NCBI GenBank assembly: GCA_031409335.1
Contig: JANNWY010000236.1
Span: 1 to 64,000, forward strand
DNA length: 64,000 nucleotides
Reading direction: 5' to 3'
Source of the DNA: Chthoniobacteraceae bacterium
GTDB taxonomy: Bacteria > Verrucomicrobiota > Verrucomicrobiia > Chthoniobacterales > Chthoniobacteraceae
The translations under genes and the position numbers were made by a program. The notes beneath the pieces are model-generated. The model saw nothing but the letters and a program-made list of their open reading frames with translations, had not been told where the DNA came from and ran no database searches. Shown one piece after another: positions 41,003-50,482 of the stretch. Every line of letters begins with the position of its first letter. The stretch's first letter is position 1.

Positions 41003-44000
41003 TTACGCTGCGATTGGCCACTCCCGGAACATCTCCACGGCTTGGACGATGATCTTCTGTGTCAGCGTTTCGAGCAGCTCGGCAGAGGCCACGCCTCGCT
41101 TCCGCAGGACCGTTTTCACCGCAGCCCTCACGCCGGCCTTCACGTCCTCGCGGTGTGGCTTGGTCCAGTCCACCTTCAGGTTCTTCTTCACTGCTTGAAC
41201 GACATCGCGCACGAGGTCGCAGAGAAATTTCTCGTCGTAGAGCGTGGCGACGTTTTCCGCGACGGCGTCGTAAAAGGCCAGTTCCTCGGCGCTCAGATTG
41301 AGCGCCTTTGTGCGCTCGGATTCCTTGGCTATGTCCTGCTTGATCTGGATGAGCACACGCACCACGTCTGCCGCCTGGATCGCGCGGTTGTGATATTTCT
41401 GGAGCGACTGTTCGAGCATCTCCTTGAAGGATTTATATTTCGTCAGGTTCGATTTCTCGCGGCTGCGGATTTCGTCCGCGAGGATCTTGGCGAGCAGCGC
41501 GAGCCGCAGATTCGCCTCCTCGTGCGACTTGAATTCCCCGAGGAACGCTTCATCGAGAATCGAGATGTCCGGCGTTTGGATCCCAGCCGCTTGGAAGATG
41601 TCCACGACACCTTTGCTCTCGATGCTGCGATCCAGCAGGTCGCGCACGGCCTTCTCCTTGCCGTCGTCCTTGGTGGTGCCGCCCGGCGTCGTCTTCCGCA
41701 GTTGCTTGCGGAGCATTTGGAAAAAGACGACCTCGTCCGCGTGGCCGATGCAGTCGGGCAGATGGTTCACCAGCGAGAAGGCGCAGTTGAGCTTCGCTTC
41801 CGCGGTGAGGAAATCGTCGCGCAGTTCATCCGTCTCCAGCAGATGCCCGCAGCATTTCAGAAAGGCGTCCTCGAACTCGATATTCGTCCACGCCCGCCAC
41901 GCGCCGTAGTTTTTTCCCTCCGGCAAAAACGCGCGCACTTCCGCGAGCGCATCGAGGAACGCCGCCTTCGCCTCCTCGTTGATATGCGGCGCGGGGTTGC
42001 CCGTGCCGCCGCCCTGCGTGTAGCGCTTTGTCGCGGCCTTGAGTTCGTCGCCGATGCCGATGAAATCCACGATCACGCCGCCCGGCTTGTTGCTGAAGAT
42101 GCGGTTCACCCGCGCGATGGCCTGCATGAGCGTGTGCCCCTTCATCGGCTTGTCGATGTAGAGCGTGTGCAGGCACGGGATGTCCGTTCCCGTCAGCCAC
42201 ATGTCGCGGACGATGACGATCTTCAACTGATCGTCGATGTCCTTCATACGCGCCTTGATGGCATCGCGCTGCGGCTTCGTCGTGATGTGGCCCGCCGCGC
42301 TCCACTCCGGCGGGTCTTCCGAGAGGTTGCCCGTCATCACGATCTTCACCTCGGGGCAGCCGGGCAGCGCCGTCAGTGCGTCGTAGAGCCGCACGCAATT
42401 CCGCCGGCTCATGCACACCACCATCGCCTTGCCGTGGATCATCGCGCTCCGCTTTTGGAAGTGGTCGAGCAGCTTCGCCGCGAGTTCGGCGACGCGCTCC
42501 TTCGTCCCCGCTGCTTCCGCCACCGCGGCCCAGCGCGCGCGTTCCGCTTGCGAGGCGTCCGCACCTTCGAGGATCTCGTGCAGCTCCGCGTCCACCTGCT
42601 CATTCACCAGTTCCAGCCGGATGAGCTGCGGGTCGTAGTAGATCGGCACCGTCGAGCCGTCGCGCTTCGACTGGAGCATGTCGTAGGTGTGAATCACCTG
42701 GCCAAACACCGCCTCCGTGTCCGATGCCGCAAAGCTCACCGGCGTCCCCGTGAAACCGATGAACGACGCATTCGGCAGCGCCCGCCGGAGCTGATGCGCG
42801 AAGCCTTCCGTCAGCCCGTATTGCGTCCGGTGTGCCTCGTCTGCGATCACGATCAAATTCCGCCGCTCCGACAGCACCGGATGCACCGCCTCGTCCTCAT
42901 CGAGCCGGAATTTCTCGATCGTCGAAAAGATCACCTCGCCGCCCTCGCCACGCAGCAGCGAGCGCAGCTCCGCCACCGACCCCGCGTGCTGCACGTCACC
43001 CACGAGCGCCTTCACCGCCACGAACTGATCGTGCAACTGCTCGTCCAGATCCGCGCGGTCCACCTGGATGACGAAAGTCGGATTCTCCATCAGCGGATGA
43101 TGCCGCAGGATCGCCACGAAATACGCCATCGAGAGCGACTTCCCCGACCCCTGCGTGTGCCACACCACGCCGATCTTCCGGTCGCCAGCGGGCCGCGTCG
43201 CCCGCAGCGCCTCATCCACCGCGAAGCGCACGCCGAAGAACTGGTGATACTTCGCCCCCTTCTTCTCGATCTTCTCATTCACCACCTCGAACGCGATGAA
43301 GTGCCGCAGATAATCCAGCAGCCGCTCCTTCGGAAACAGCCCCTCGATCAGCGTCTTCATCGCCCCCGTCGCGCTCTCCACCACCGTGCGCCCGTCGATG
43401 CTCTTCCACGGCGCGAACCATTCCCACGGCGCCGTCCACATCCCGTGCAGCGTCGAGCCCGCCGCGTGCGGCGTGTCATCCTCCGCGTGGCCCACGAGCC
43501 CGCCGTCGCTCACCACCACGAGCGCGTTGAAATCAAACAACTGCGCGATCCCCGCCCGATAGTGCTGCACCTGATTGAACGCCCCGAGCGTGTTCGGCTC
43601 CTCCTCGTAGGGATTTTTCAGCTCGAAAAGGACGAGCGGCAGCCCGTTCACGTAAATCAGCACATCGGGCCGCCGGTCATTCAGCCCGCGGATCGAGAGT
43701 TGATTCACCACGCAGAAATCATTCGCCCCCGCCTCCGCCCAATCCACCGCATGAACGTGCTCGAACGCCTCCGTCCCATCCGCGCGCCGGTATTTCTGCT
43801 CATGCCCGCGCGTCAGCAGTTCGTGAAAGTGCAGGTTCCGCTGCTCCGTCGTCACGCCCTCGGGCCGGGAAAATCGCGCCACGCTTTCCTCGACCGCCTC
43901 CGCCGGGAGATGCGCGTATTTTTTCCGCAGGAAATCGCGCAGCCAGTCCGTCATCACCACGTCGGGCAAATCCCGCTCGATCCCGCCGCCGTATTCGTAG

Positions 44001-44071
44001 CGGTAGCCCTGCGCGCACAGGCGCTCGATCGTCGTCTCCTCGAATTGCGACTCGGTTCCTTGGTTCGGCAT
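41003..44071 (-). CDS. hsdR: Type I restriction endonuclease subunit R
   Basis: PD...YVNGLPLVLFELK nuclease motif, HTQGSGKS, DEAHR, FTGTP, MWLTGTD, QAIARVNR, C-terminal ELAFYDA (DUF3387-like). Confidence 0.96.
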   Translation of the reverse strand: MPNQGTESQFEETTIERLCAQGYRYEYGGGIERDLPDVVMTDWLRDFLRKKYAHLPAEAVEESVARFSRPEGVTTEQRNLHFHELLTRGHEQKYRRADGTEAFEHVHAVDWAEAGANDFCVVNQLSIRGLNDRRPDVLIYVNGLPLVLFELKNPYEEEPNTLGAFNQVQHYRAGIAQLFDFNALVVVSDGGLVGHAEDDTPHAAGSTLHGMWTAPWEWFAPWKSIDGRTVVESATGAMKTLIEGLFPKERLLDYLRHFIAFEVVNEKIEKKGAKYHQFFGVRFAVDEALRATRPAGDRKIGVVWHTQGSGKSLSMAYFVAILRHHPLMENPTFVIQVDRADLDEQLHDQFVAVKALVGDVQHAGSVAELRSLLRGEGGEVIFSTIEKFRLDEDEAVHPVLSERRNLIVIADEAHRTQYGLTEGFAHQLRRALPNASFIGFTGTPVSFAASDTEAVFGQVIHTYDMLQSKRDGSTVPIYYDPQLIRLELVNEQVDAELHEILEGADASQAERARWAAVAEAAGTKERVAELAAKLLDHFQKRSAMIHGKAMVVCMSRRNCVRLYDALTALPGCPEVKIVMTGNLSEDPPEWSAAGHITTKPQRDAIKARMKDIDDQLKIVIVRDMWLTGTDIPCLHTLYIDKPMKGHTLMQAIARVNRIFSNKPGGVIVDFIGIGDELKAATKRYTQGGGTGNPAPHINEEAKAAFLDALAEVRAFLPEGKNYGAWRAWTNIEFEDAFLKCCGHLLETDELRDDFLTAEAKLNCAFSLVNHLPDCIGHADEVVFFQMLRKQLRKTTPGGTTKDDGKEKAVRDLLDRSIESKGVVDIFQAAGIQTPDISILDEAFLGEFKSHEEANLRLALLAKILADEIRSREKSNLTKYKSFKEMLEQSLQKYHNRAIQAADVVRVLIQIKQDIAKESERTKALNLSAEELAFYDAVAENVATLYDEKFLCDLVRDVVQAVKKNLKVDWTKPHREDVKAGVRAAVKTVLRKRGVASAELLETLTQKIIVQAVEMFREWPIAA

Positions 44072-44117
44072 CGTGTGATGGATTCGGTAGCTCCTTCGAC
44101 GCCTACGCCGGCACCGA

Positions 44118-45257
44118 TTAGTGCGCGGGGATTTGCTCGAAACTCACAATGTCCGTCAGTGAACGGGGTTGTCGTCCCGGATTCAGCTTCCCGGCAACTT
44201 TGATGTAAGCGCCGTCGGTCATATGAGCGCTGTCAGCGACGGCGTATTGATCTGCGTTGAGGTTGGTTCGCGCGCGCACCGTTTCTCCGTCCGTCAGCAG
44301 CAGCGCCAGGATGACCTCGCCGGCTCGGCGACCATCCGCGCCAATTTCTCCGTCGAGGCGCTCCACTGTGCCGATGAAGGTGTCCTCCTGATGCTGTTCC
44401 GCCGAACGCAGCGCACGCCGAACCTCTTCGATGCGCGGAAAGTAGTCCCGTTGAAATCGGATCGGCACCAGTGCCGCTTCACCCGCTGGCGGCGGCGTTG
44501 ATACAGCCCACGAGATTTCGACATCCAGGGAGTTCTTCAGCGCATCGTCTTCAAAACGAGTCAGCGCCTCGCATAGGTTGGAAGAAATTAGCGGGTTCGC
44601 CGCCGCTTTTGCGGTCTCGATGAGCTGCGGCAATGTGTCCGCCTCGATCGCAGTCACGAGTTCGCGCAGCGCCCGCTTCACCGTCAGCGTTGTTCGCCGG
44701 ACAAAGGGCGCATCCGGCTCACCGGGAAACAGCGGTGCCTGAACATCAAGTGCATTTACTGGACACGAGACTTTGACGACAAAGCTCCCCGGCTCGGTAT
44801 GGCGAAATTGCGACGCCTCGATGAGTTGCTGCGCCTCATTTCGGCTCAAACGGGGATGATGGCTTTGCGGCTTCAAAACCGTGCAGGCCGCGGCGAGCAA
44901 AAGCTGCTGCGCACCGCTGACGATGGAGCCCGCGAACGCGAGCGGCAGAGTCTTCTCGTCGTCTCGCGGAGTTCCGATGCGGAAGCGCAACGTGTCGTCG
45001 TTCACCTCCTGCAAAGCACGCAACACCGCCGGCAGCGTGCGTCCCTCCAGCACCGCGAGCTTCTCCACGGCCAGCATGACGGCTTCCGAGTAGTCGGGGG
45101 CCGTCGTGTCGATCGGAAAAACCAACTGCCGCTGCGCGAACTGCGGATTGCTCAGCACGAAAAGCCGGTCCTGCACCGCCTCCGGCAGCAGGACCCAGCC
45201 GCGCGACTTGGCGTAGTCGCGAAGATCGGTTGGTGCTGCGAGAAGTCCGTTCTTCAT
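44118..45257 (-). CDS. Uncharacterised 379-aa protein, translationally coupled to the DUF4365-like gene
   Basis: Clean ATG ORF with ATGA overlap; motifs DYAKSRGW, LLLAAAC, HTEPGSFVV, ISSNLCEAL, and a beta-rich C-terminus (GTVERL...Y..A..AH...IKVAGKL). Confidence 0.8.
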   Translation of the reverse strand: MKNGLLAAPTDLRDYAKSRGWVLLPEAVQDRLFVLSNPQFAQRQLVFPIDTTAPDYSEAVMLAVEKLAVLEGRTLPAVLRALQEVNDDTLRFRIGTPRDDEKTLPLAFAGSIVSGAQQLLLAAACTVLKPQSHHPRLSRNEAQQLIEASQFRHTEPGSFVVKVSCPVNALDVQAPLFPGEPDAPFVRRTTLTVKRALRELVTAIEADTLPQLIETAKAAANPLISSNLCEALTRFEDDALKNSLDVEISWAVSTPPPAGEAALVPIRFQRDYFPRIEEVRRALRSAEQHQEDTFIGTVERLDGEIGADGRRAGEVILALLLTDGETVRARTNLNADQYAVADSAHMTDGAYIKVAGKLNPGRQPRSLTDIVSFEQIPAH

Positions 45258-45796
45258 GGTGCTTGATAGAGCGGAAAATCACGCCGCGACAGGCGCGAAG
45301 CGAGCGCTTTTAGCGCAGCCGGGCTGAATACCTGCGCCTTCGGCAATTTGACCGTTGCTCCAGACCCATTCTGAGTCGCCGCCGCCTCGCGAAGGCTGAC
45401 CCAGTATCCGCAACGACGCAGGGCGAGTTCATCCTCCGTCTGCGCCAGCCAATCTGCGGCATCGGCGGGAAGAAAAAGCACCACGAGGATTCGCGCCACA
45501 TCCACCGTTGCCGCGCGCAGGTCGTCGTAACGACTCACGCCATTTAGAAAATACGAGAGATGTGTGCCGTCATCCGCTGGCACGCTGATCGTCGCCTTCA
45601 ACTGCACCTTGATGTCCACCTCCGTGAGGTAGCCGCCGTTGTCGAACGGTGCCCATGCCGTCACGATTGCATCCACTCCATTATTGTCCGCGTGGCGGTT
45701 GCTCACGGAGCACGCCATGCCCGCGTGCGACGCCACCGCGTGCAGGTAGGCGTAGCTCAACTCAGATTCGATATTTGGAGGAGAAAGCGGGCGCAC
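45254..45796 (-). CDS. DUF4365-like PD-(D/E)XK nuclease-fold protein
   Basis: ELSYAYLHAVASHAG, DNNGVD...IKVQLKAT, YDDLR...ILVVLFLP...W...YWVSL: the pattern of DUF4365 proteins. Confidence 0.8.
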   Translation of the reverse strand: MRPLSPPNIESELSYAYLHAVASHAGMACSVSNRHADNNGVDAIVTAWAPFDNGGYLTEVDIKVQLKATISVPADDGTHLSYFLNGVSRYDDLRAATVDVARILVVLFLPADAADWLAQTEDELALRRCGYWVSLREAAATQNGSGATVKLPKAQVFSPAALKALASRLSRRDFPLYQAP

Positions 45797-45851
45797 TTTC
45801 GCAGATTGGGCGGCAGGCTACAAACCGGGCCGCACATTACCAATCGAATCG

Positions 45852-47237
45852 TCAAACATTGGCGTGCAGCGCGTCCTCCGCCGCCCGCACCCGCAGCTCG
45901 CCGGAGAGCAGCTTCGGCAGCAGCGAGTCCCGCAGCGCGGCGAGCGTGCGGGATTCGCGGACGTTGTGGGCGGCTTGGGCGAGCCATGGGCGGACGATCT
46001 CGGTGAAGCGTTTCACGAGTGGGGCGGGCGGAATGATGGCGTCCATGCCGGTCAGACTCTCCGGCTTCACGCGTTGATGGCTGCCCGATGTGCCCGTGAC
46101 GAAAGTCGCGAACTCGCTCGTGAACGCATCGGACGAAAACAGGCAGCATAGAAACTCGCGCGTGATTGGCTGTTTCGGCGTCATCACAAGGAACTCGGTG
46201 GAGCAGATGGCGCGGCGCTCGCCGGTCAGTTCCGGCATCCAGACGCGCGGCGTCCGCGGGTTGAGTTTGGAGACGAGCACGCAATCCGCTGGCACCGGGA
46301 ATTTGTTGCTCTTGATCGTGCTGCCGAGTTCCGGCTGCGGCTGCCGCCCGTCATCGAAAGCGGGGAGGCTGTAATGGTCGAAAGCCTCGGTCGGAAAATC
46401 GCCGGGGTTGATCCCGCCCCGGCTCATGCTCGCCAGCTCGCTGACTTTGCCCGCGCGCCAGCCATGTGGGATGGGGCCGAGTTCGGAATCGGTGAAGGTG
46501 GCGGGGAAGAGGGCGGCGACGGCGGGGGCGAGGCCGAATGTGGCACAGTCTGTCCCGGCTGTGGGGCGCGCGGGCGTCTCGCCCGCGCTGGCGGATTCAC
46601 CGGGCTGGAAGCCCGCTGGCCACACAGCCGGGACGGCTGTGCCACTTTGGGCGGCCTGCGCCACCACCGGCTCGAAATCCACAAACCACGCCCGGAACAG
46701 CGCCCCCGCCAGCTCCTCCAGCGTCCGATTCATCCGCCGGTTCAGCTCGATCTTGTCATCCAACGCCCCCAGCACCCGCGCAATCGCCCGCTGCTCGGCG
46801 AGCTTTGGGAATGGAAAAACCTGTCGGCTGAAAATGTCCCGCGACAGCCCCGGCTTCTCACCCGTCTTGAGATGATCGAGGCCGACATATTGCGTGGCGT
46901 AGTAAAACCAGCGGAGGTCCACCTGAGTCTTGTCCACGACGGCGTAATACGCTGTGTCGATAACCCAGAACGGCTTCGTCACCCATTTCACACCCAGGTG
47001 GCCTTGCCCCTTCCGCCCGAGAATCACTCCCGGACCGTCTGACAACGGCGTGTCGTGCCAGCCGCAAGGTCCGTTCGTTCCGTAGAGCTGAATGTTTCCG
47101 GCCCGTCGCTTTGGCTCAACGAGCGACTTGCCGTAATTGAGCGTAACAACATCGCCGATCCTGCGACGTGGGAACCTGACGGTCTCCCAATCAAAGCCGC
47201 GCGCGGCCATCGTTCCGCTCTCGAAATCAGTCGTCAT
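45852..47237 (-). CDS. hsdS: Type I restriction specificity subunit
   Basis: Two TRDs; conserved EQRAIA..LGALDDKIELNRRMNRTLE...WFVDF, DSELGPIPHGW, LRDSLLPKLLSGELRV; start ATG 47237 overlapping the hsdM end. Confidence 0.95.
   Translation of the reverse strand: MTTDFESGTMAARGFDWETVRFPRRRIGDVVTLNYGKSLVEPKRRAGNIQLYGTNGPCGWHDTPLSDGPGVILGRKGQGHLGVKWVTKPFWVIDTAYYAVVDKTQVDLRWFYYATQYVGLDHLKTGEKPGLSRDIFSRQVFPFPKLAEQRAIARVLGALDDKIELNRRMNRTLEELAGALFRAWFVDFEPVVAQAAQSGTAVPAVWPAGFQPGESASAGETPARPTAGTDCATFGLAPAVAALFPATFTDSELGPIPHGWRAGKVSELASMSRGGINPGDFPTEAFDHYSLPAFDDGRQPQPELGSTIKSNKFPVPADCVLVSKLNPRTPRVWMPELTGERRAICSTEFLVMTPKQPITREFLCCLFSSDAFTSEFATFVTGTSGSHQRVKPESLTGMDAIIPPAPLVKRFTEIVRPWLAQAAHNVRESRTLAALRDSLLPKLLSGELRVRAAEDALHANV
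46540..46645. repeat. REP-like inverted-repeat element inserted in frame in hsdS
   Basis: GTGGCACAGTCTGTCCCGGCTGTG ... CACAGCCGGGACGGCTGTGCCAC with internal hairpins GCGGGCGTCTCGCCCGC and CGGGCTGGAAGCCCG. Confidence 0.85.
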
Positions 47238-48861
47238 TGCTGAACTGGGTAAGAGCGAACTCAATCTCCTTCGCAAAGACGGCTCCCTCAGCAAATTCGG
47301 CTTTCAGCCGTTCGGTGAGTTTCGGGAACATTTCCTCGAAAGGTTCATCTTCGCCACTGTCGTCGCTCGATCCCACGTAGCGTCCCGGCGTGAGAACATA
47401 ACCGTGGTCCGCGATTTCTGAGACTGTCGCCACGGCGCAGAAGCCCGGCTCGGCGGCGGGCGCGCCGGTTTTCCGAAACTGCCGATAGACGCCGGCGATG
47501 CGCTCGATTTCCTCGGTGGTGAGTTGCTTCTGTTTGCGCGAGCCGGGGATGAGCGCGCCGAGCTTGCGCCCGTCGATGAAGAGCACCTCGCCCTTCCGCG
47601 CACGGAAGCCATGGCCGCCGCCGCGGTTCTTGCTCAGGAACCAGAGCGCGCAGGGAATCTGCGTATTGGCAAAGAGCTGGCCGGTGAGCGTGACGACGCA
47701 ATCCACGAACCCGCCTTCGATCAAGGCGCGGCGCACGGCGAGCCGTGCGACTTCGCTGTTCGACAGCTCGCCCGTGGCCATGACGAACCCGGCGGTGCCG
47801 CCCGCTTCACGCGCCGTGGGGTCTTTCAGATGCGAGAGGAAATGGAGCATCCACATCGTGTTCGCATTCCGCACCGAGAGCGGCTGCGGCTGCGTGCTGC
47901 CCGGCAGACGCAGGCGCGCGTCCTTCGGGTCGATGCGGTCCGCGCCCCAGCCCTTGTCGCCCTTCGCGCCGTCGTTGAAGGGCGGATTGGCGACCACATA
48001 GTCGGCCTTGAGGTCGGCGTGCTGGTCGTTGTCGTAGGAACTGCCGAGGCGGATGTCGCCATCGAGGCCGTGGATGAAAAGGTTCAGCCGGCAGAGGCGA
48101 TAGGTGAAGTCCTTCGCCTCCTGCCCGAAGAACGAGAGCTTGCCGCTGTGCTGCGCGAAGTGGTCGCTCTGCACGAACATGCCGCCCGAGCCGACGCACG
48201 GATCGAACAGTTTCCCCTCCACCGGCTCCAGCATCGCCACGATCAGTTTCACGATGCTCTCGGGCGTGAAGTATTCGCCGCCGCGCTTGCCCTCCGACGA
48301 CGCGAACTCGCCGATGAAGTATTCATAGACCTGCCCGAGCCGGTCGATGCCGCCCGTCTCAAAGCGGAAGATGTCCTTGGAAAACAGATTGATGAGCCCG
48401 GCGATGTTTTCCTTGTCGAGGTTCGAGCCCGCGTAGATCGCCGGGAGCAGGCCCTTGAGCTTGGGGAAGGTCTTCTCCAGCAACGCGAGAATGTTATCGA
48501 GCCGCAGCTTCACGTCGTCGGCGCGGGCGATCTTGATGATGCTGTCCCAGCGCGCGTCCTCGGGGACGAGGAAGACCTGGCTGGCGAGGTAGAGGTCCGG
48601 GTCTTCGCGCAAAATCAGCGCGAGCTGCACATCCGCCGTGTGCAGGTCGCTCTGCGGATCGGCGATCTCGGTGTCGATTTCCGACCGGCGTTTCTCAAAG
48701 CGCAGCGAGAGAAAGCGGAGAAAAATCAGCGGCAGCACGTAGCGCTTGTAGTCCGCCGGCTCGATGTTCCCGCGCAGCGCCACCGCGGCATTCCAAAGCT
48801 CCTTGAGGAGTTCGGCGACGCCGCCATTTCCGTTCTTCTGCTTGTAGAGTGCTTTCTTCAT
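47227..48861 (-). CDS. hsdM: Type I restriction-modification N6-adenine methyltransferase
   Basis: LWNAA..LRG, YEYFIGEFA..EGKRGGEYFTP, DPCVGSGGM, NPPF, LTPGRYVG. Confidence 0.96.
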   Translation of the reverse strand: MKKALYKQKNGNGGVAELLKELWNAAVALRGNIEPADYKRYVLPLIFLRFLSLRFEKRRSEIDTEIADPQSDLHTADVQLALILREDPDLYLASQVFLVPEDARWDSIIKIARADDVKLRLDNILALLEKTFPKLKGLLPAIYAGSNLDKENIAGLINLFSKDIFRFETGGIDRLGQVYEYFIGEFASSEGKRGGEYFTPESIVKLIVAMLEPVEGKLFDPCVGSGGMFVQSDHFAQHSGKLSFFGQEAKDFTYRLCRLNLFIHGLDGDIRLGSSYDNDQHADLKADYVVANPPFNDGAKGDKGWGADRIDPKDARLRLPGSTQPQPLSVRNANTMWMLHFLSHLKDPTAREAGGTAGFVMATGELSNSEVARLAVRRALIEGGFVDCVVTLTGQLFANTQIPCALWFLSKNRGGGHGFRARKGEVLFIDGRKLGALIPGSRKQKQLTTEEIERIAGVYRQFRKTGAPAAEPGFCAVATVSEIADHGYVLTPGRYVGSSDDSGEDEPFEEMFPKLTERLKAEFAEGAVFAKEIEFALTQFSNDD

Positions 48862-49034
48862 TCGTGGGGAGGCAGAGCGTCACCGAATCGAATCCCAATA
48901 ACGATGGAAAATCAGCGGCAGCCTCGCCTGGCCATTCATGGAACCTTCACAGGAGGAAAAGAAATACCGGGCACTGCCGGGCCGTTCCTGCGGGTTTCGC
49001 GAACCGTTTTCAGCCGCCAAAATGGCGAGTCACA

Positions 49035-50318
49035 CTATTTCACCGTGCGGAATCCGGCCTTCTGCATCGCGGCCTGGACTTCGGGGATTTGCATGAACAA
49101 GCGCCAGACCAGCCCGGAGCGCTGGTTTTCCAAGAGCAGCGTCGCCGCGCCCAGATCAATGCCGATCACGTCGGTGGAAAACCAATCGCGGTCGAGATTG
49201 AAGCCGCTCGAGAATCCGTACCGGCCCCACAAACGCGGCTGGTTCTTACGCCACTGCACGACAGCGTCCGCGGCCTCGTCGATGAAAGGCATGGCAGCCA
49301 CCACGGCCCACGGCGCGACCGTGCCATCGTGCTGCGCCTCGCCGGGCGGCGCGGAATATGCGCGGTAGCCGTCGGGGCCATCGGTGGCGCTGAGCCCCCA
49401 CGAATTGCGCCCGTACGTTTTGAATTGCGCGGCCTGCCCGATGCAAAAGTCCCGATTGGCGCGCGTGGCGGCGACTGCGGTGTCCCAATAGTTGAACCCC
49501 AGGCGATCCTCGCGCCCGCGGAAATCGACGAAGGCGTGGCTGTACTGGTGGACGAAGAGCGGCCCGGTGGTGAACGTCCGCCCACCATCGGTATCGGCGA
49601 CGTTCCGCTTCCATGCGTCCCACGCCTTGTCGGGGATGGGCGTCCCGGGCGAACCGAGCGCGAGGAGTCCGAGCACGAGGTGTTCGGAGTAGGTGTCCCA
49701 CCGGGGCTTGAGAAAGCCGCTGCCGGGTTTCCAGCCGTGCGCCAGCAGCAATTCGTCAGGCCGCGCGCCCCCGTTGGTGAGCATCCAGTCGAAATCCACG
49801 CGCCGGTAAAGGCTGGCGGCGATTTCCTTCGAGCGACCGCCGAAGTATTCGCCGGCGACGAGCGCACCCGCGATGAAAAGGGCGGTGTCGATCGAACTGA
49901 TTTCCGACTCCCAGGCGCGCGCGCCGGACTTCCAGTCGATGAAGTGGAAAAACCAGCCGTGCTCGGTGGCAAGCGTGTCGCGCGCAAACTGAAGCGTGAG
50001 TTCCGCCCGCGCTCGCGCCGTCTCACGCGGAAGCCATCCGCGCTCGACGGAGACCGCGAGCACTGCCAGGCCGAACCCCGTCGCCGCAATACTGGCCACG
50101 TAAAAGTCGTCGCCGTGTGCGTTGCCCGCGCGGTCTTTCACGAGCCCGGTCGCTGGATTCGCTTCGAACCAGAAATAATCGCAGGCCCGCCGTTCCAGGT
50201 CCGCGAATACTCGCGCGTCCTCCGAGTTGGGAGAATCTGCGCCACAGCCGGTTCCCGCGAACAGCACGGAGAGCACTGGCACGAACGACAACAGGAGGAT
50301 TCGGGAGAGCAAAATCAT
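49035..50318 (-). CDS. Glucoamylase-family / GH144-like (beta-1,2-glucanase-like) exported protein
   Basis: TGLVKDRA, SIAATGFGL, GWFFHF, EISSIDTAL, PLFVHQYSH, WGLSATDGP, YGF..GFN, IGIDLG; signal/lipoprotein-like N-terminus from ATG 50318. Confidence 0.85.
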   Translation of the reverse strand: MILLSRILLLSFVPVLSVLFAGTGCGADSPNSEDARVFADLERRACDYFWFEANPATGLVKDRAGNAHGDDFYVASIAATGFGLAVLAVSVERGWLPRETARARAELTLQFARDTLATEHGWFFHFIDWKSGARAWESEISSIDTALFIAGALVAGEYFGGRSKEIAASLYRRVDFDWMLTNGGARPDELLLAHGWKPGSGFLKPRWDTYSEHLVLGLLALGSPGTPIPDKAWDAWKRNVADTDGGRTFTTGPLFVHQYSHAFVDFRGREDRLGFNYWDTAVAATRANRDFCIGQAAQFKTYGRNSWGLSATDGPDGYRAYSAPPGEAQHDGTVAPWAVVAAMPFIDEAADAVVQWRKNQPRLWGRYGFSSGFNLDRDWFSTDVIGIDLGAATLLLENQRSGLVWRLFMQIPEVQAAMQKAGFRTVK

Positions 50319-50482
50319 ATTTCCAGCAATCGGATTTCCATGAAGTAGATCGCGCCTCCAGGCCTTCGGGTAACGGTTGTCTTTCACGAACGTGAAGACC
50401 AATTCAGCCCGTGAATCGCCATCATTTTTTGCGCTCGCACCAAATCGCGGATCCATCCACCCGCTCTCGATTCTCAGTTTTC

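Noticed and set aside
40922..44203. 1,093-aa plus-strand ORF (and similar antisense ORFs over secA-like, ligA, argG, hsdM, recQ)
   Set aside because: Antisense to well-supported genes, with no recognisable motifs.
40900..49030. RM operon as a bounded mobile island
   Set aside because: No integrase, transposase, tRNA or flanking direct repeats were seen by eye.
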